64,000 nucleotides of DNA from an uncultured virus (IMG/VR IMGVR_UViG_3300013121_000043) (Duplodnaviria > Heunggongvirae > Uroviricota > Caudoviricetes). This document shows, in pieces, positions 32,501 to 42,451 of the stretch. Under the pieces are notes generated by a model. That model was given only the letters and a program-made list of their open reading frames with translations. It was not told where the DNA came from and did not search any database. The position numbers and the translations under genes were made by a program. How positions within the stretch are numbered: the first letter of the stretch is position 1; the number at the start of each line of letters is the position of its first letter. Location: IMG/VR virus record IMGVR_UViG_3300013121_000043, one strand, 5' to 3'.

Positions 32501-35500
32501 TGAACTATCAGGAGATCCCGGCATGATCTACCGACCAGGAACACACCCCTGGGGCTATCACGTATTCAGCTCGACGTACTGGACGCGCAGAGGCGCGGGC
32601 ACTCTGGCGAAGAGCTGGCTATCTCGCCAGAGTGTTGGCAATGTGAGCAGGACGCTCAGCTACCGGGCCAGGTACTATCTTCCCTGTCTTCATGAGGCAA
32701 CCTATGCTGTTCTGTCCAGGTAGGCGATCCAAACACTACCACACGTACGTGGCCACGCGCATCCTTTTTAACACGGCGTTTCACTACCCCATCTGTGCTT
32801 TGACTCTCCTGCCCATTTTCACGTATTACAGCCTTCCTCGGCGTGTCGCCTGGACGCGGCAGGTACTCCAGGTCTTGTCAGGAGAGCGTCGTGATCTACA
32901 CAGGTAAGAAGGTAAGCGCAACGTACCATACTTGCGTAACGACTAGCTTTATAACAACCTACGTTCTCTACAGCCTGTGCGTGTCCGTGGCCCGTCGGTG
33001 CCCGTTCTGGTCGAGTAGCCCAGCGTACAGGATGTGTTTCAGGTGCCCTGTTACAAAGAGGGTACAGTGTGATCTACGCAGGTAAGAAATATAAATCTGG
33101 ATACCACATACTTAGCTTCACTTACATGATCCTTCGGCCTGGCGTTCGATACAATATGACCACACCCGCGGCTAGGCGGTATCCGTTCTACCGGGATAAC
33201 CTGTCGTACAGAATGTGTTTCTTTTGCCCTGTTACAAGGAAGATCATGTAATGCTCTATCACAGCAAGCACTGCCAGCCCTGGATGACCGTACGTAATTA
33301 CACGACCTTTTTCCTGTACCATCAGGAAGACGCCACCAGTCCGTTTCTCTATCTCTGGTGGGGTACAGATCTGCCAGATCGCGGCGGCATCAGCTACCGC
33401 GATAACTATCCCATCCTGGCGAAAGATCCGGTGACATCTTGATTCACCACAGCAAGTTGTTCCTGTTTGGCCGCGGCCATCACGTCTGTCGGCGCGTGTC
33501 GTGTATTCGGCTGGGCCGGTTCGTCCACTATCTGGGAGATGGAACCTACCTCGATCTTTGCTGGCGCTCGTGTTACTACCCCAGGGCAGGCAAGGAGCGG
33601 ATCTATTTTCTGGGAAGGAGGATGCATCCGTGATCTACCATAGACGTTACTGGAACACGGTTACACTACACTCCACCTGGCATGATGGCCGTATGTCCTA
33701 TCTCTGCCTGGGCACGGGCTTTTGGGATCGCTCTTATGGGTCACTCCGGTGGAGCGTTTTGCGCTATGCGAGAGTCTACCTCAGTCTGTGGTAATCCTCA
33801 TGATCTACTGTGCACATCGCTATATTCATGACTATGTGGTCTGCTGCACCACGAGCCTGCCCAGCGGGCCGCTGTGGCTGGGTACCGAGGTTCTGACGTC
33901 TTACGAGTATATGTTACCCCTTCTGGAACGCCCGGAGCGTCTTTCCTGGTACTACGAAGAGATGACACTATGATTCACCACAGCAAGAACCACCTGCGAC
34001 CGGGCATGAAGCCCACGCTCTGGTTTTTTGGTCCGAGGAGTATCCCCTGGTTCACAGGTACCTGGCTGCGCTGCGATGGGGCCTGCTTTGCCTACTACCG
34101 GGTCCCGTACCTGCGGCACCCGGGCTGGACCCTGACCTGACACGAGGAGTCGCGAAGTGATCTACCATACCTATGGCGACGTGCCCGAAAGATGTGTCCT
34201 GGTCAGTACCCTGGTGGGTAGCTACCACTGGTTTGTCTGTCTCTGCGCGGGCACTCGCATCGATCCCAGGCGCTACGCTTCCTGTGGTCGTGTTACTGTC
34301 TGCTACACCTCCTTTGCGGAGACATACTCTTGATGGTCAATCACAAGCATCACGACGTACACTATCCGCGACTGTATACGTACGGCCTGCTACTGCGCAA
34401 GAACATCTGGCCTGTCTTCTGGAGCGTGGGGGTGAACATGACCACCGGGGTAGACTGGGCCGTGTTTCCTTTTGTGACCTACAGGCGGTTGCTTGTTATT
34501 ACCGAGTCGCAGCTTACATGGAACTAGCGAATGCTGTACCATCCCTGGTCGCAAATAACACCCATAGTGATCACGATCGTGTCCCGACGGCGGGTGGGCG
34601 GTCACCGAACTTCGTACCGAAGGTTGCGTACACGTGTTCCCGTGCGGCGTAGGGTCGTGATGAACCACACCACCAGGATCTTGACAAACGATGCTCACGA
34701 AACCATTACCACTCTACCACAGGGCTAGCTGTAACACCCTCATGGAGATCTTCTTGTTTCAGCCTATTCAGGTCTCTTTCGTGCGACGTTTTGGTGTGGT
34801 CCTGTCTAGCCATGTTTTCCAGGCCCCGCCGGCATTGCGACTTTTCTGGAAGTCCCATAGACTGCTATCGTGAGGGAATCATGATTTCGCAGTTCAATAA
34901 TAGCTACTGGCGCAGGTATTATCACAGCGCCAGCCGGTATCACCGCACAGTGATTCCCTACGCGTCTTATCTGCCCATGTGGTCCTACCTGACCCTGAAA
35001 ACCGTCGTGATCAACCTGGTATCCGTTGTAACCGTCTTGCGGAGGTTAGGATGATACCCTGGCGTCCTTGCCGTATGCTACCTTCGTACCACTGTCGTTA
35101 CTGTCGCTGTGTTTTGCTTTTGTGGATCCTGTGCGACGTCAAGAATAGTCGCTACTACGGCTATCCCCTGGGTCTGCCTCTACCTAGCTGCTACGCCCGA
35201 ACAGACTGCCGATGATTCATCACAGCAAGAAGACCTGGTGGTACTCGTACATGGTGCGCGCGATACCGATCTGCCCGGCACGCTGCTATATGCGACTGTA
35301 TGCACAGACGATGATGGGAGGCACGCTGTTTTTTTACCGCTACAACGCCTCGCGGAGACTACCCTATCATCTTCGCTACGACTGCGTCCTCGTGGAGGAG
35401 AGGCAACCATAATCTATCACTGCAAGAATATGCCTGGCTGTTTTGCCGTACCCTGTCCCTTGCAACTCGACAGCGGCCGGCCGTATTTCTGGTGGGAGGG

Positions 35501-37179
35501 TATCATCATTTTCAGCAAGGATGGTCCGAGCCTCTGGTACGAAGGTGTCTACCCGCGGATGACTTGTTACACCTACCTTTACACGTGGGGTAGTTCATCA
35601 TGATCTATCACTGCAAGAATAGACCGGCAGCGTTTGCCGTGTATCTTTCCCTGGGCTTTCTGGCTGGGCGCGGTAATGTGTCCCACACCTGGTGGGAGGG
35701 TACTCTCATGGACAGGAATGGGTACAGTCGTTGGCTCGTAGAGACCTATCGGCGGGTCGTCTGCGACACTTTCTTTTTACCCCCGGTAATTCGATCATGA
35801 TCTACCACTGTAAGCGACCGCCTGGCAGGGAAAGCTATCGGCCGAGAGATGCTGTTCTGCTACCGCGTGTCGCGTTTTACTATTTCCATGATGTCTTTTT
35901 CTCCCATGTCGTGTGGTGTTACGGTCCGAAGTTTCTTTTCGACCGGCACTGGATTGATAACGTACAGCATCGTTTCACTCGCGTACAGGGGCTGTAGCAT
36001 GCTCAAGGGTGTCTTTCCCAGCCGTGTTGTTTTCGGACCTGCCCGGTGTGGGGGCGGGTTACGCTTCAACCTCTATCTGCTACCCCGTCGCGCCAACACC
36101 TACCACATGCTAGGTGTCTGGTATTTCTGTGGTTGCAAGATACGCGGAGCCTATCCGTACACCACGCACTGGGCTTGAGGAACACCATGATCTACCACTG
36201 CAAGAACCACGTCATGGCCGGGACCGTCTACAGCTACACGGTCTTCCATGCCAACGCGGAGGGCTACTGGTGGTACGGTGTCTGGATCATACCTTCAGAT
36301 GAGGCTGTGACGCGCCGGATCGGTCTGGTATTACGACGCTATCCTGTGTTCTACGAGGTTTAAGTGATGGTACACCACCGCTGGCGTGTGCGCTGGAACG
36401 TCTATTACCCAATGCGCCGCTTTCCCGACACAACCACCCAGCTGATTGGTGGCTGTCCGGAACCCAGTCTGTTTTCCTGGCGCTACGGGACGCGGCCATT
36501 CCCGCGCTCGATCCGGATTACCTTTACTCCTTATGGAGGTCGCTGTGTCCCTGTTCTTCCGGTCTAACTTGTCCTGGACTTGTTACTATAACCATCCCTG
36601 CCACACGACCTATTATTACCTGTCCTGCCACGGCGGTACGCAGCGGCGCTTCCTCCAGTTTGGCTGTCGCCGCCCTGGATGGGCTTACTACTACAGCGTC
36701 ACCCCCGTGATCGAGGTGCACCGTGATTATTAACCACACAGGCTATCTCCCCACGCTGTTTTATCGTCGGACCGCGCAGCGCTGGTTTTACCTGTATCGC
36801 ACCACCTTCCCGGGTAGGGAGGTGGCGGGACTGTGTCTGGGAGATATTCTTCGCAACCGCTTTGAAGTCCGTTTCCCCTGCGTTGGAGCCTGCCGCAGCG
36901 TGCAGCGCTATCGCAGTGTTTTCTGGTGGCCACGCCAGGTAACCACCTTCATCTATGCTGGAAACTTTGCCGTCATAGAAGCCGGAGATGAGGTATCACA
37001 CGATGATCTATAACTGCAAGAACAAGGTGGGTAGCTACCACGCCCGCCTGTCGACAGACTACGACATTACCTACTGGTGGTTGGGAATTCACATCCGTGG
37101 CGTTAACAGTTCGTTTCTGGGAGTGTACTACGACAGGCCGAGCTGCACCACAGTACTGGCCAGTTCTCTCCACCCCTAA
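29549..37179 (+). other. micro-ORF array D (~40 contiguous ORFs, MIYH[SC]K-rich)
   Basis: Starts at 29549, 29736, 29926, 30131, 30347, 30537, 30770, 30999, 31209, 31391, 31613, 31794, 31995, 32144, 32308, 32523, 32704, 32891, 33069, 33251, 33439, 33630, 33800, 33970, 34157, 34333, 34531, 34691, 34881, 35051, 35212, 35409, 35600, 35797, 35999, 36187, 36367, 36723, 37003. Confidence 0.8.
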
Positions 37180-37203
37180 AATCCCCAGTTATTGGTGACA
37201 ATA
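37177..37203 (+). promoter_or_regulatory. promoter motif TAAA-N16-GACAATA
   Basis: Same spacing; at the end of array D. Confidence 0.65.
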
Positions 37204-37255
37204 TTTCTTGCCGGTGTAGTGGTTACACCGGTATTTTTGTCGGGAGGGAGTATCC

Positions 37256-37561
37256 ATGCTCTTTCACTGGGAGCCGTTGCATACGGAACAGTTCTCCGAG
37301 GAGCTGTCCTGCAGCCCGCTGAACCATGTCCGGTTTCAGGCACTGTGTCAGCGTTATGGACCACCCACGGCGCTGTACGTGGCCGGGGTGCTGCTGGATC
37401 TGACCGCGGATTCTCGGCTGTCCCTGGTCTGTGGCTATCGGTTGGCCTGCGTGGAGCTGCTGCACGCTCTGACCAGCGTACCAGCGAGGGACTGGCTACC
37501 CACCGTGGTTAGCCCCGAGTTCGATGCCGTGCTGGCTCTTTTACGGTCACGACGGGAGTAG
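37256..37561 (+). CDS. hypothetical protein
   Basis: GGGAG RBS. Confidence 0.65.
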   Translation: MLFHWEPLHTEQFSEELSCSPLNHVRFQALCQRYGPPTALYVAGVLLDLTADSRLSLVCGYRLACVELLHALTSVPARDWLPTVVSPEFDAVLALLRSRRE

Positions 37562-37563
37562 GT

Positions 37564-38319
37564 ATGAGTCTGGAGATCCAACGCGAGCTGGTCCGGGACA
37601 TTCTCCGTGACCCCCGGGATATGTACCCACGCCACCTGCTCTACGACCACATTCTGGACTCCTCCCGGCTGGGGGAGGAGGATCCACGCCTGCCGTTGTG
37701 GCAGCTGGTGATGGACTGGCACGCACTGGAGACATCACGTACGGTGCCGGACGACCCTGTCTGGCTCAAGGTGGGTTATGATCAGGTCTTTCTGGTAATC
37801 CGGAAGAAGTGGCGTCTGCTCGTGACCGGTATCAAGGATTCAGCGCGCAACCGGGCGCTCAAGCTCCTGCCAGCACTTTTGCTTCACACAGATACCACCG
37901 TGAACGAGCTCAGTACGGATACGCGTCTGTGGTACTCGACCTCCGGGATCCACCAGCGCAGCCAGTGGCTGCGAACCTGGTTGACGTACGTGGAGCTCCA
38001 GGCCTGTCACCTGGTGGGTGGGATCTACTTTCGTCGACACAGGATTGCCGCACCAGCAGACCATCTGTATCCCCACCCAATGCCCTACCTGTCGGGGGTG
38101 TTTCGGGAGTACTTTTGTCGCTTTATTACCAGCCGTGGTTTTGGCCCGACGCGAAACTTTTGTGAGCAGGGGCGTACGGCCAGGCTGATACGAACTGCGT
38201 ACGCCGAGTCGCTGTTGGAGTTCGCCCCGCGGCTGGACAACCCCCTGTTGCATGACCACCGGTTCTTTGTCAAGCGTTATGGGACGCAGGACAACTGGTG
38301 GTCGGTTTTTGTGGAGTGA
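37564..38319 (+). CDS. protein with a TIGR02996-like N-terminal domain
   Basis: RELVRDILRDPRDMYPRHLLYDHIL resembles the AILAxPDDDxPRLVYADWL pattern. Confidence 0.6.
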   Translation: MSLEIQRELVRDILRDPRDMYPRHLLYDHILDSSRLGEEDPRLPLWQLVMDWHALETSRTVPDDPVWLKVGYDQVFLVIRKKWRLLVTGIKDSARNRALKLLPALLLHTDTTVNELSTDTRLWYSTSGIHQRSQWLRTWLTYVELQACHLVGGIYFRRHRIAAPADHLYPHPMPYLSGVFREYFCRFITSRGFGPTRNFCEQGRTARLIRTAYAESLLEFAPRLDNPLLHDHRFFVKRYGTQDNWWSVFVE

Positions 38320-38322
38320 GTG

Positions 38323-38769
38323 ATGAAAAAAGTTCTGATTCTGCGTGGCCTGCCTGGTTCGGGCAAGACAACATTTGCCAGGAACCTAACCGTGGCCAGC
38401 ACCATTGTTAGCGCCGACGACTACTACATGGTCGACGGCGTTTACAAGTTTGACGCCGGTAAGATCCAGCAGGCACACAACCAGTGTCTGCGACGGTACA
38501 CCACGTACCTGTCCTCGCTACTGGCCCAGCCAGGGCCCATGATGCTGGTGGTGGACAACACCAACACCACGGCGGTGGAGATTGCCCCGTATTACCGGCT
38601 GGCCCAGGCGTTTGGCTGGCAGGTGGAGATCCACCTGTTTGATTGCGACGTGGCGACCTCCGTGCGTCGTAACGTCCATGGTGTGCCGGAGTCGGTCATC
38701 TACAAGATGGCGGCCAATCTGCAGGAGAAGTTGCCCTGGCCGCAGACCGTGCATGGGATGGCGGCATGA
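38323..38769 (+). CDS. P-loop kinase (AAA_33 / N4BP2-like polynucleotide kinase)
   Basis: ILRGLPGSGKTT, SADDY, AHNQC, VVDNTN, RNVHGVP. Confidence 0.9.
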   Translation: MKKVLILRGLPGSGKTTFARNLTVASTIVSADDYYMVDGVYKFDAGKIQQAHNQCLRRYTTYLSSLLAQPGPMMLVVDNTNTTAVEIAPYYRLAQAFGWQVEIHLFDCDVATSVRRNVHGVPESVIYKMAANLQEKLPWPQTVHGMAA

Positions 38770-38939
38770 TCTACCATGCCCTGGGTCGTGTGCCGGATAG
38801 CCAGGTTAGCTGCTTCACGCGAATCGACTGCCGGCGTCATCGGGGTTGGCGGCAGTGGCATCCACTGTGGTGCAGTCCCCTGGTGTATTATGTGTCTCGC
38901 CCCTATTTGCGCGTACGTGTCTGCACGCGGCGGGACTAA
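38766..38939 (+). CDS. micro-ORF (MIYH family)
   Basis: ATGA overlap; MIYHALGR... Confidence 0.6.
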   Translation: MIYHALGRVPDSQVSCFTRIDCRRHRGWRQWHPLWCSPLVYYVSRPYLRVRVCTRRD

Positions 38940-38962
38940 AAAACAGGGTATCCGTGGCAATA
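38937..38962 (+). promoter_or_regulatory. promoter motif with a 15-nt spacer
   Basis: TAAA aaacagggtatccgt GGCAATA. Confidence 0.65.
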
Positions 38963-38968
38963 CCTTGT

Positions 38969-39079
38969 GAGACTGGTTAGGGTCAACCAGCGCTCACCAT
39001 CCCCGGCGGGTCAGTCCGGTGCAACTCCGGGCCGGGTTATCCCCGGAGTAGCAAGTCGCTACTCCGGGGGTCTTTTTTT
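38969..39079 (+). ncRNA. small RNA with a tRNA-like T-arm
   Basis: Lies between a promoter and terminator (39041-39079) with no ORF; TCCGG-TGCAACT-CCGGG T-arm. Confidence 0.6.
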
Positions 39080-39095
39080 AGCTATCCGCAGGAGC

Positions 39096-39122
39096 TAAAA
39101 CAGACACGATTCCGTGGCAATA
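39096..39122 (+). promoter_or_regulatory. TAAA-N16-GGCAATA promoter motif
   Basis: After a terminator and before ATG 39192. Confidence 0.75.
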
Positions 39123-39191
39123 CAGGATGAGAGGTGTGCACCTCTCCTGACGGGCAACAGCGGTGTTTGCTCGATTCTTGTTGGAGGAGAC

Positions 39192-40853
39192 ATGAACCGA
39201 CAAGAATATGCAAGTTCGCTGGCGCTGACGGAGGGTTTGGCCGACCTCCGTCCGCGCCGGCGATGCCCACCGGTAGACATCGCCGCGATGCGTAGGCATT
39301 GTGGCGGTGCCAGCGACAAGGAAGCCGCTGCGCTCTACCGCTGGGCACGTAGGACAGCCCGACGGATCGGGCTGTCCTACTGGCCGGCGCTGCTGGTCGA
39401 CCACGAGGTCGACTGGCAGGCGTTCCTGGTCGCCGAGGAGATCCTCGCTCAGAAAAGCGGGGGTCGCTACGGTGACCAGGAGCAGGTTTGGGTAGAGGGA
39501 GAAGTTGTGGTCGACTTCTCCCTCTACCCAACCCGCGGGGCGGCTCTGCGTGCGGCGCAGAGCCTCGCGCCGCACGGGACCAGAACCTTCCACCACGGAG
39601 GGTGGGACTCCACCAACCACCATGGACCGTCGGCGGGCATGGTGGCTGCCATGTGGTGGGCGGCCGGCTGTCGGAACTCGGCCAAGTTCCGGTGGCAGGT
39701 CAGGAACAATGTTTTATTGAGGCGCAGGACGCGCCTCAGTCAGGCGTTCCAGGAACTGCGCGCCCAGCGGTTCCTGGACAACGCCAGCCAGTGGCGTAAC
39801 CAGCGCCCCTGGCTGGGACAACGGCTGTACCGCGCCCTTGGGCGCGTCAGCCGTTTAACCGCCCACGCAATTTGCGTGGTTGCGGAGGTGCACTGGGATG
39901 TGCACTGGACAGCCGCCACGCTGTCCAATCTCGACTGGCCGCTGGTCCGGCGGCTGGTTGAGCAAGCCCGGAAGTCGCCCCGGGCCGAGTACGCATTGAC
40001 CCGCGAGAAGCGGGTCGCGCTGTGGAGCATCAACTCCATAGCGACCAAAATCCAGGGCGCGACCCTGGAAGCGGTCATTCAGTGGCTGACTCCGCAGTAT
40101 CCGCGGATCAGCCATGACCAGGCCTGCGACCTGGTGCTGGGCAAGACGCCCGCCCAGGTCGCAGGACCGGAACTCTCGGGCAAGGAAGCCCATGCGTGGT
40201 TGGTGGCGGGCGCGCCAACCATGTCGCGATGGCTAGCCCGCCACGTCGGTCTGCCGGCCGACGTGGCGGACCGGGTGAGATCCACCCGGATCGCCCGTTG
40301 GCTGGGGCGGGTCTGGGCAAACCCGCCCCAGCGCGAGGCCTTGTACCGGAATCGGACTGCCCACGGTCCGGCCGGACAGGCCAGAACGTTCAAATTTATT
40401 GACGTCCTGGACGAACTCCAGGATGTCGACCTGGAAGGGAATCCAGGGGTTTCCGTGGCGTTCGAGCGCGCAGCCCAGCGTGTTACGGACGCCCAGCTGG
40501 CGGAGGCCGCCCGCCAGCACGCTCCCCTGGCCCCGGTGCCCAGCTGGGCCAGGGAGCTGTCGCCCAGTTTCCGCCTTCTGAACACACCAGCGGAGCTGGT
40601 GACAGAAGGAAAAATACTGGACCACTGCGTGGGTGGCTATGGCCACGCAGTGTCCAACGGACAGGCCGTGATCCTGTCCGTCCGGTCCAGGCTCGACCAC
40701 ACCACGGTCGAGTTGGACCGGGACGCGACCGTGGTGCGGCAGCACCGCGGTCGCAAGAATCAGCCCGCACACCCAAGGCATGAAGCCTTGGTGCGGGGGC
40801 TGATCAACCGTGTCCGTCGGGCCAGGGATGGCCAGACAAGGAGAAAGAAATGA
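39192..40853 (+). CDS. PcfJ-like domain protein
   Basis: GGAGG RBS; C-terminal ELVTEGKILDHCVGGY..ILSVR..TTVEL..QHRGRKN. Confidence 0.8.
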   Translation: MNRQEYASSLALTEGLADLRPRRRCPPVDIAAMRRHCGGASDKEAAALYRWARRTARRIGLSYWPALLVDHEVDWQAFLVAEEILAQKSGGRYGDQEQVWVEGEVVVDFSLYPTRGAALRAAQSLAPHGTRTFHHGGWDSTNHHGPSAGMVAAMWWAAGCRNSAKFRWQVRNNVLLRRRTRLSQAFQELRAQRFLDNASQWRNQRPWLGQRLYRALGRVSRLTAHAICVVAEVHWDVHWTAATLSNLDWPLVRRLVEQARKSPRAEYALTREKRVALWSINSIATKIQGATLEAVIQWLTPQYPRISHDQACDLVLGKTPAQVAGPELSGKEAHAWLVAGAPTMSRWLARHVGLPADVADRVRSTRIARWLGRVWANPPQREALYRNRTAHGPAGQARTFKFIDVLDELQDVDLEGNPGVSVAFERAAQRVTDAQLAEAARQHAPLAPVPSWARELSPSFRLLNTPAELVTEGKILDHCVGGYGHAVSNGQAVILSVRSRLDHTTVELDRDATVVRQHRGRKNQPAHPRHEALVRGLINRVRRARDGQTRRKK

Positions 40854-41028
40854 TGAACCGAGTTGCTTGGGCGGCGCGAGCCGCCTGGCGGGCCTACACA
40901 GCCCGCCCGTGGGCCATGGTGGCGGACGCCACCATCATGGCCCTTCTGGTCGGTGGGATTTACTGGCTCTGCCGGTAAATCCCACTGATCACCGGCACCC
41001 TGGGCCCAGGGTGCCGGTGCCGTCCTTG

Positions 41029-41072
41029 CCAGAGTATTCCTTGCGGGAATACTCTGGTTTTTTTTTAGCTAT
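41029..41072 (+). terminator. intrinsic terminator
   Basis: CCAGAGTATTCC/GGAATACTCTGG plus T9 then AGCTAT. Confidence 0.85.
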
Positions 41073-41082
41073 ACGCCACGTA

Positions 41083-41109
41083 TAAATTTCCAGGGGAAGT
41101 GCGGCAATA
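41083..41109 (+). promoter_or_regulatory. TAAA-N16-GGCAATA promoter motif
   Basis: After a terminator and before ATG 41141. Confidence 0.75.
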
Positions 41110-41140
41110 TGCCCTGACTTCTTACAAGAAAGGAATACTC

Positions 41141-42451
41141 ATGGAAGAACAGCTAGACATTCTGCGACGCCTGTTACAGGCCCGGGATACCGCGGGTTTG
41201 AAACTGGTGGCACCCAGGCTATTACTGGCGGTTCTTTGGCGGGAACTGACCGTCGACGAAAAGCAGGATTTGATCCGCTGCGGTATTGTCCGCACGGTCA
41301 TACCAAAGAGTCCGGCCACGGGCTGTGAGACCTGGCGAGGGGTCTGGAATCCGGGTCAGGGTGCCAGCTATCCGCGCTACACCTTGAAGTTGGAGCTGCC
41401 TCATCCTGCCCCCGAGTACACGCTACGTGGTCGTGCTTTTGTGGGTATCGATCCGGACGACCAGTGGGTCTGTCTTCACGACGGCTCCGCGACGTACGGA
41501 CGACCCAGGATAACGTCTGACCGCAAGATCCAGCAGTACGACGGGGTAACCTACCCCATCCCCTGCTGGATCACGCCGGAGGGCTGGACTACCTTGGATT
41601 GCGAGCAGACGGATCGCTTGCTGGCGGATACGGTACGGCAGATTGATTTTGGTGCAGAACCGCAACCAGGAGGCCAGCGCGTCAATCAGCTGGACGTCGA
41701 GCGCGTGGTCGTCAGTCATGACGATACCCACTTTTTTCTGATCTACCTCTGCTCGGGGGGTAGTGTTCCGTATTACCGGAACAACACGCTGCGGTATCGG
41801 GACATGACTTACGGCTATTACTGTCGCCCTGTACCTCACCGTTACCGCTCCCAGGAGGAGTTACCGCCGCCCTTTGTCGCAGCCACGTGGGAGCAGCGTG
41901 AGGAAGCCGTCGCGCGGTATGTGCAGTACGCCTCTCTGGCAGAGGCCCAGCACGGGGTCTGGCGGCGGATCCTTGCTGGTAGGGAAGAGGAGTTGCAGCA
42001 GCAACTGGACCGTTACCGCATCCGTGTCCAGGAGGAGCAACCCGGGCAGATCGTGCTACAGTCTGCGGAACTGGCGGAGCGTCTCCTGCCGGAGACACTG
42101 CTGTCCCTGTTACCGTTTGAGCGCCAGTCTGTTGCGGCACTGGCGGAGAGACTTAGCCAGTTGGTCGGTACTGTACGACGGGGTAGTCTGGTCTTTTATC
42201 GAGACGGGGGTGTGCGGTGTGACCACTACCCTGACGCGGATGACTACGAGGCTTATCCGGGGTGGGTCTTCTATCCCAGGCAGCCAGAAATCCGTGGGCT
42301 GGTAATGGCCATCGCCCAGGGACAGCAAGAGTTACTGGGTGTGCTGTATGACGCGGCGCAGGATGTCCTACAGAGCGGACAGCACCGGGATTACAACCTG
42401 GAAACCGTGGCCAGTGCGCTGGCCAATTTACTTGCCGTGGAGAAAGTATGA
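41141..42451 (+). CDS. hypothetical protein, tandem paralog 1
   Basis: Colinear similarity to 42448 (W.EL..E.Q.L, TW..VW, GAS.P.YTL.LE, RG..FVGI.P). Confidence 0.8.
   Translation: MEEQLDILRRLLQARDTAGLKLVAPRLLLAVLWRELTVDEKQDLIRCGIVRTVIPKSPATGCETWRGVWNPGQGASYPRYTLKLELPHPAPEYTLRGRAFVGIDPDDQWVCLHDGSATYGRPRITSDRKIQQYDGVTYPIPCWITPEGWTTLDCEQTDRLLADTVRQIDFGAEPQPGGQRVNQLDVERVVVSHDDTHFFLIYLCSGGSVPYYRNNTLRYRDMTYGYYCRPVPHRYRSQEELPPPFVAATWEQREEAVARYVQYASLAEAQHGVWRRILAGREEELQQQLDRYRIRVQEEQPGQIVLQSAELAERLLPETLLSLLPFERQSVAALAERLSQLVGTVRRGSLVFYRDGGVRCDHYPDADDYEAYPGWVFYPRQPEIRGLVMAIAQGQQELLGVLYDAAQDVLQSGQHRDYNLETVASALANLLAVEKV

Noticed and set aside
17344..37179. CRISPR array or integron cassette array explaining the ~190-bp periodicity
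   Set aside because: No identical repeats or attC-like inverted repeats; ORFs overlap directly, and conserved starts vary synonymously
5608..38939. Diversity-generating retroelement as the source of variation
   Set aside because: No reverse transcriptase in the window, and paralog differences are not adenine-specific (no TR/VR pair seen)
38969..39040. Canonical tRNA gene
   Set aside because: T-arm present but no D arm, anticodon arm or 7-bp acceptor stem; kept as an sRNA
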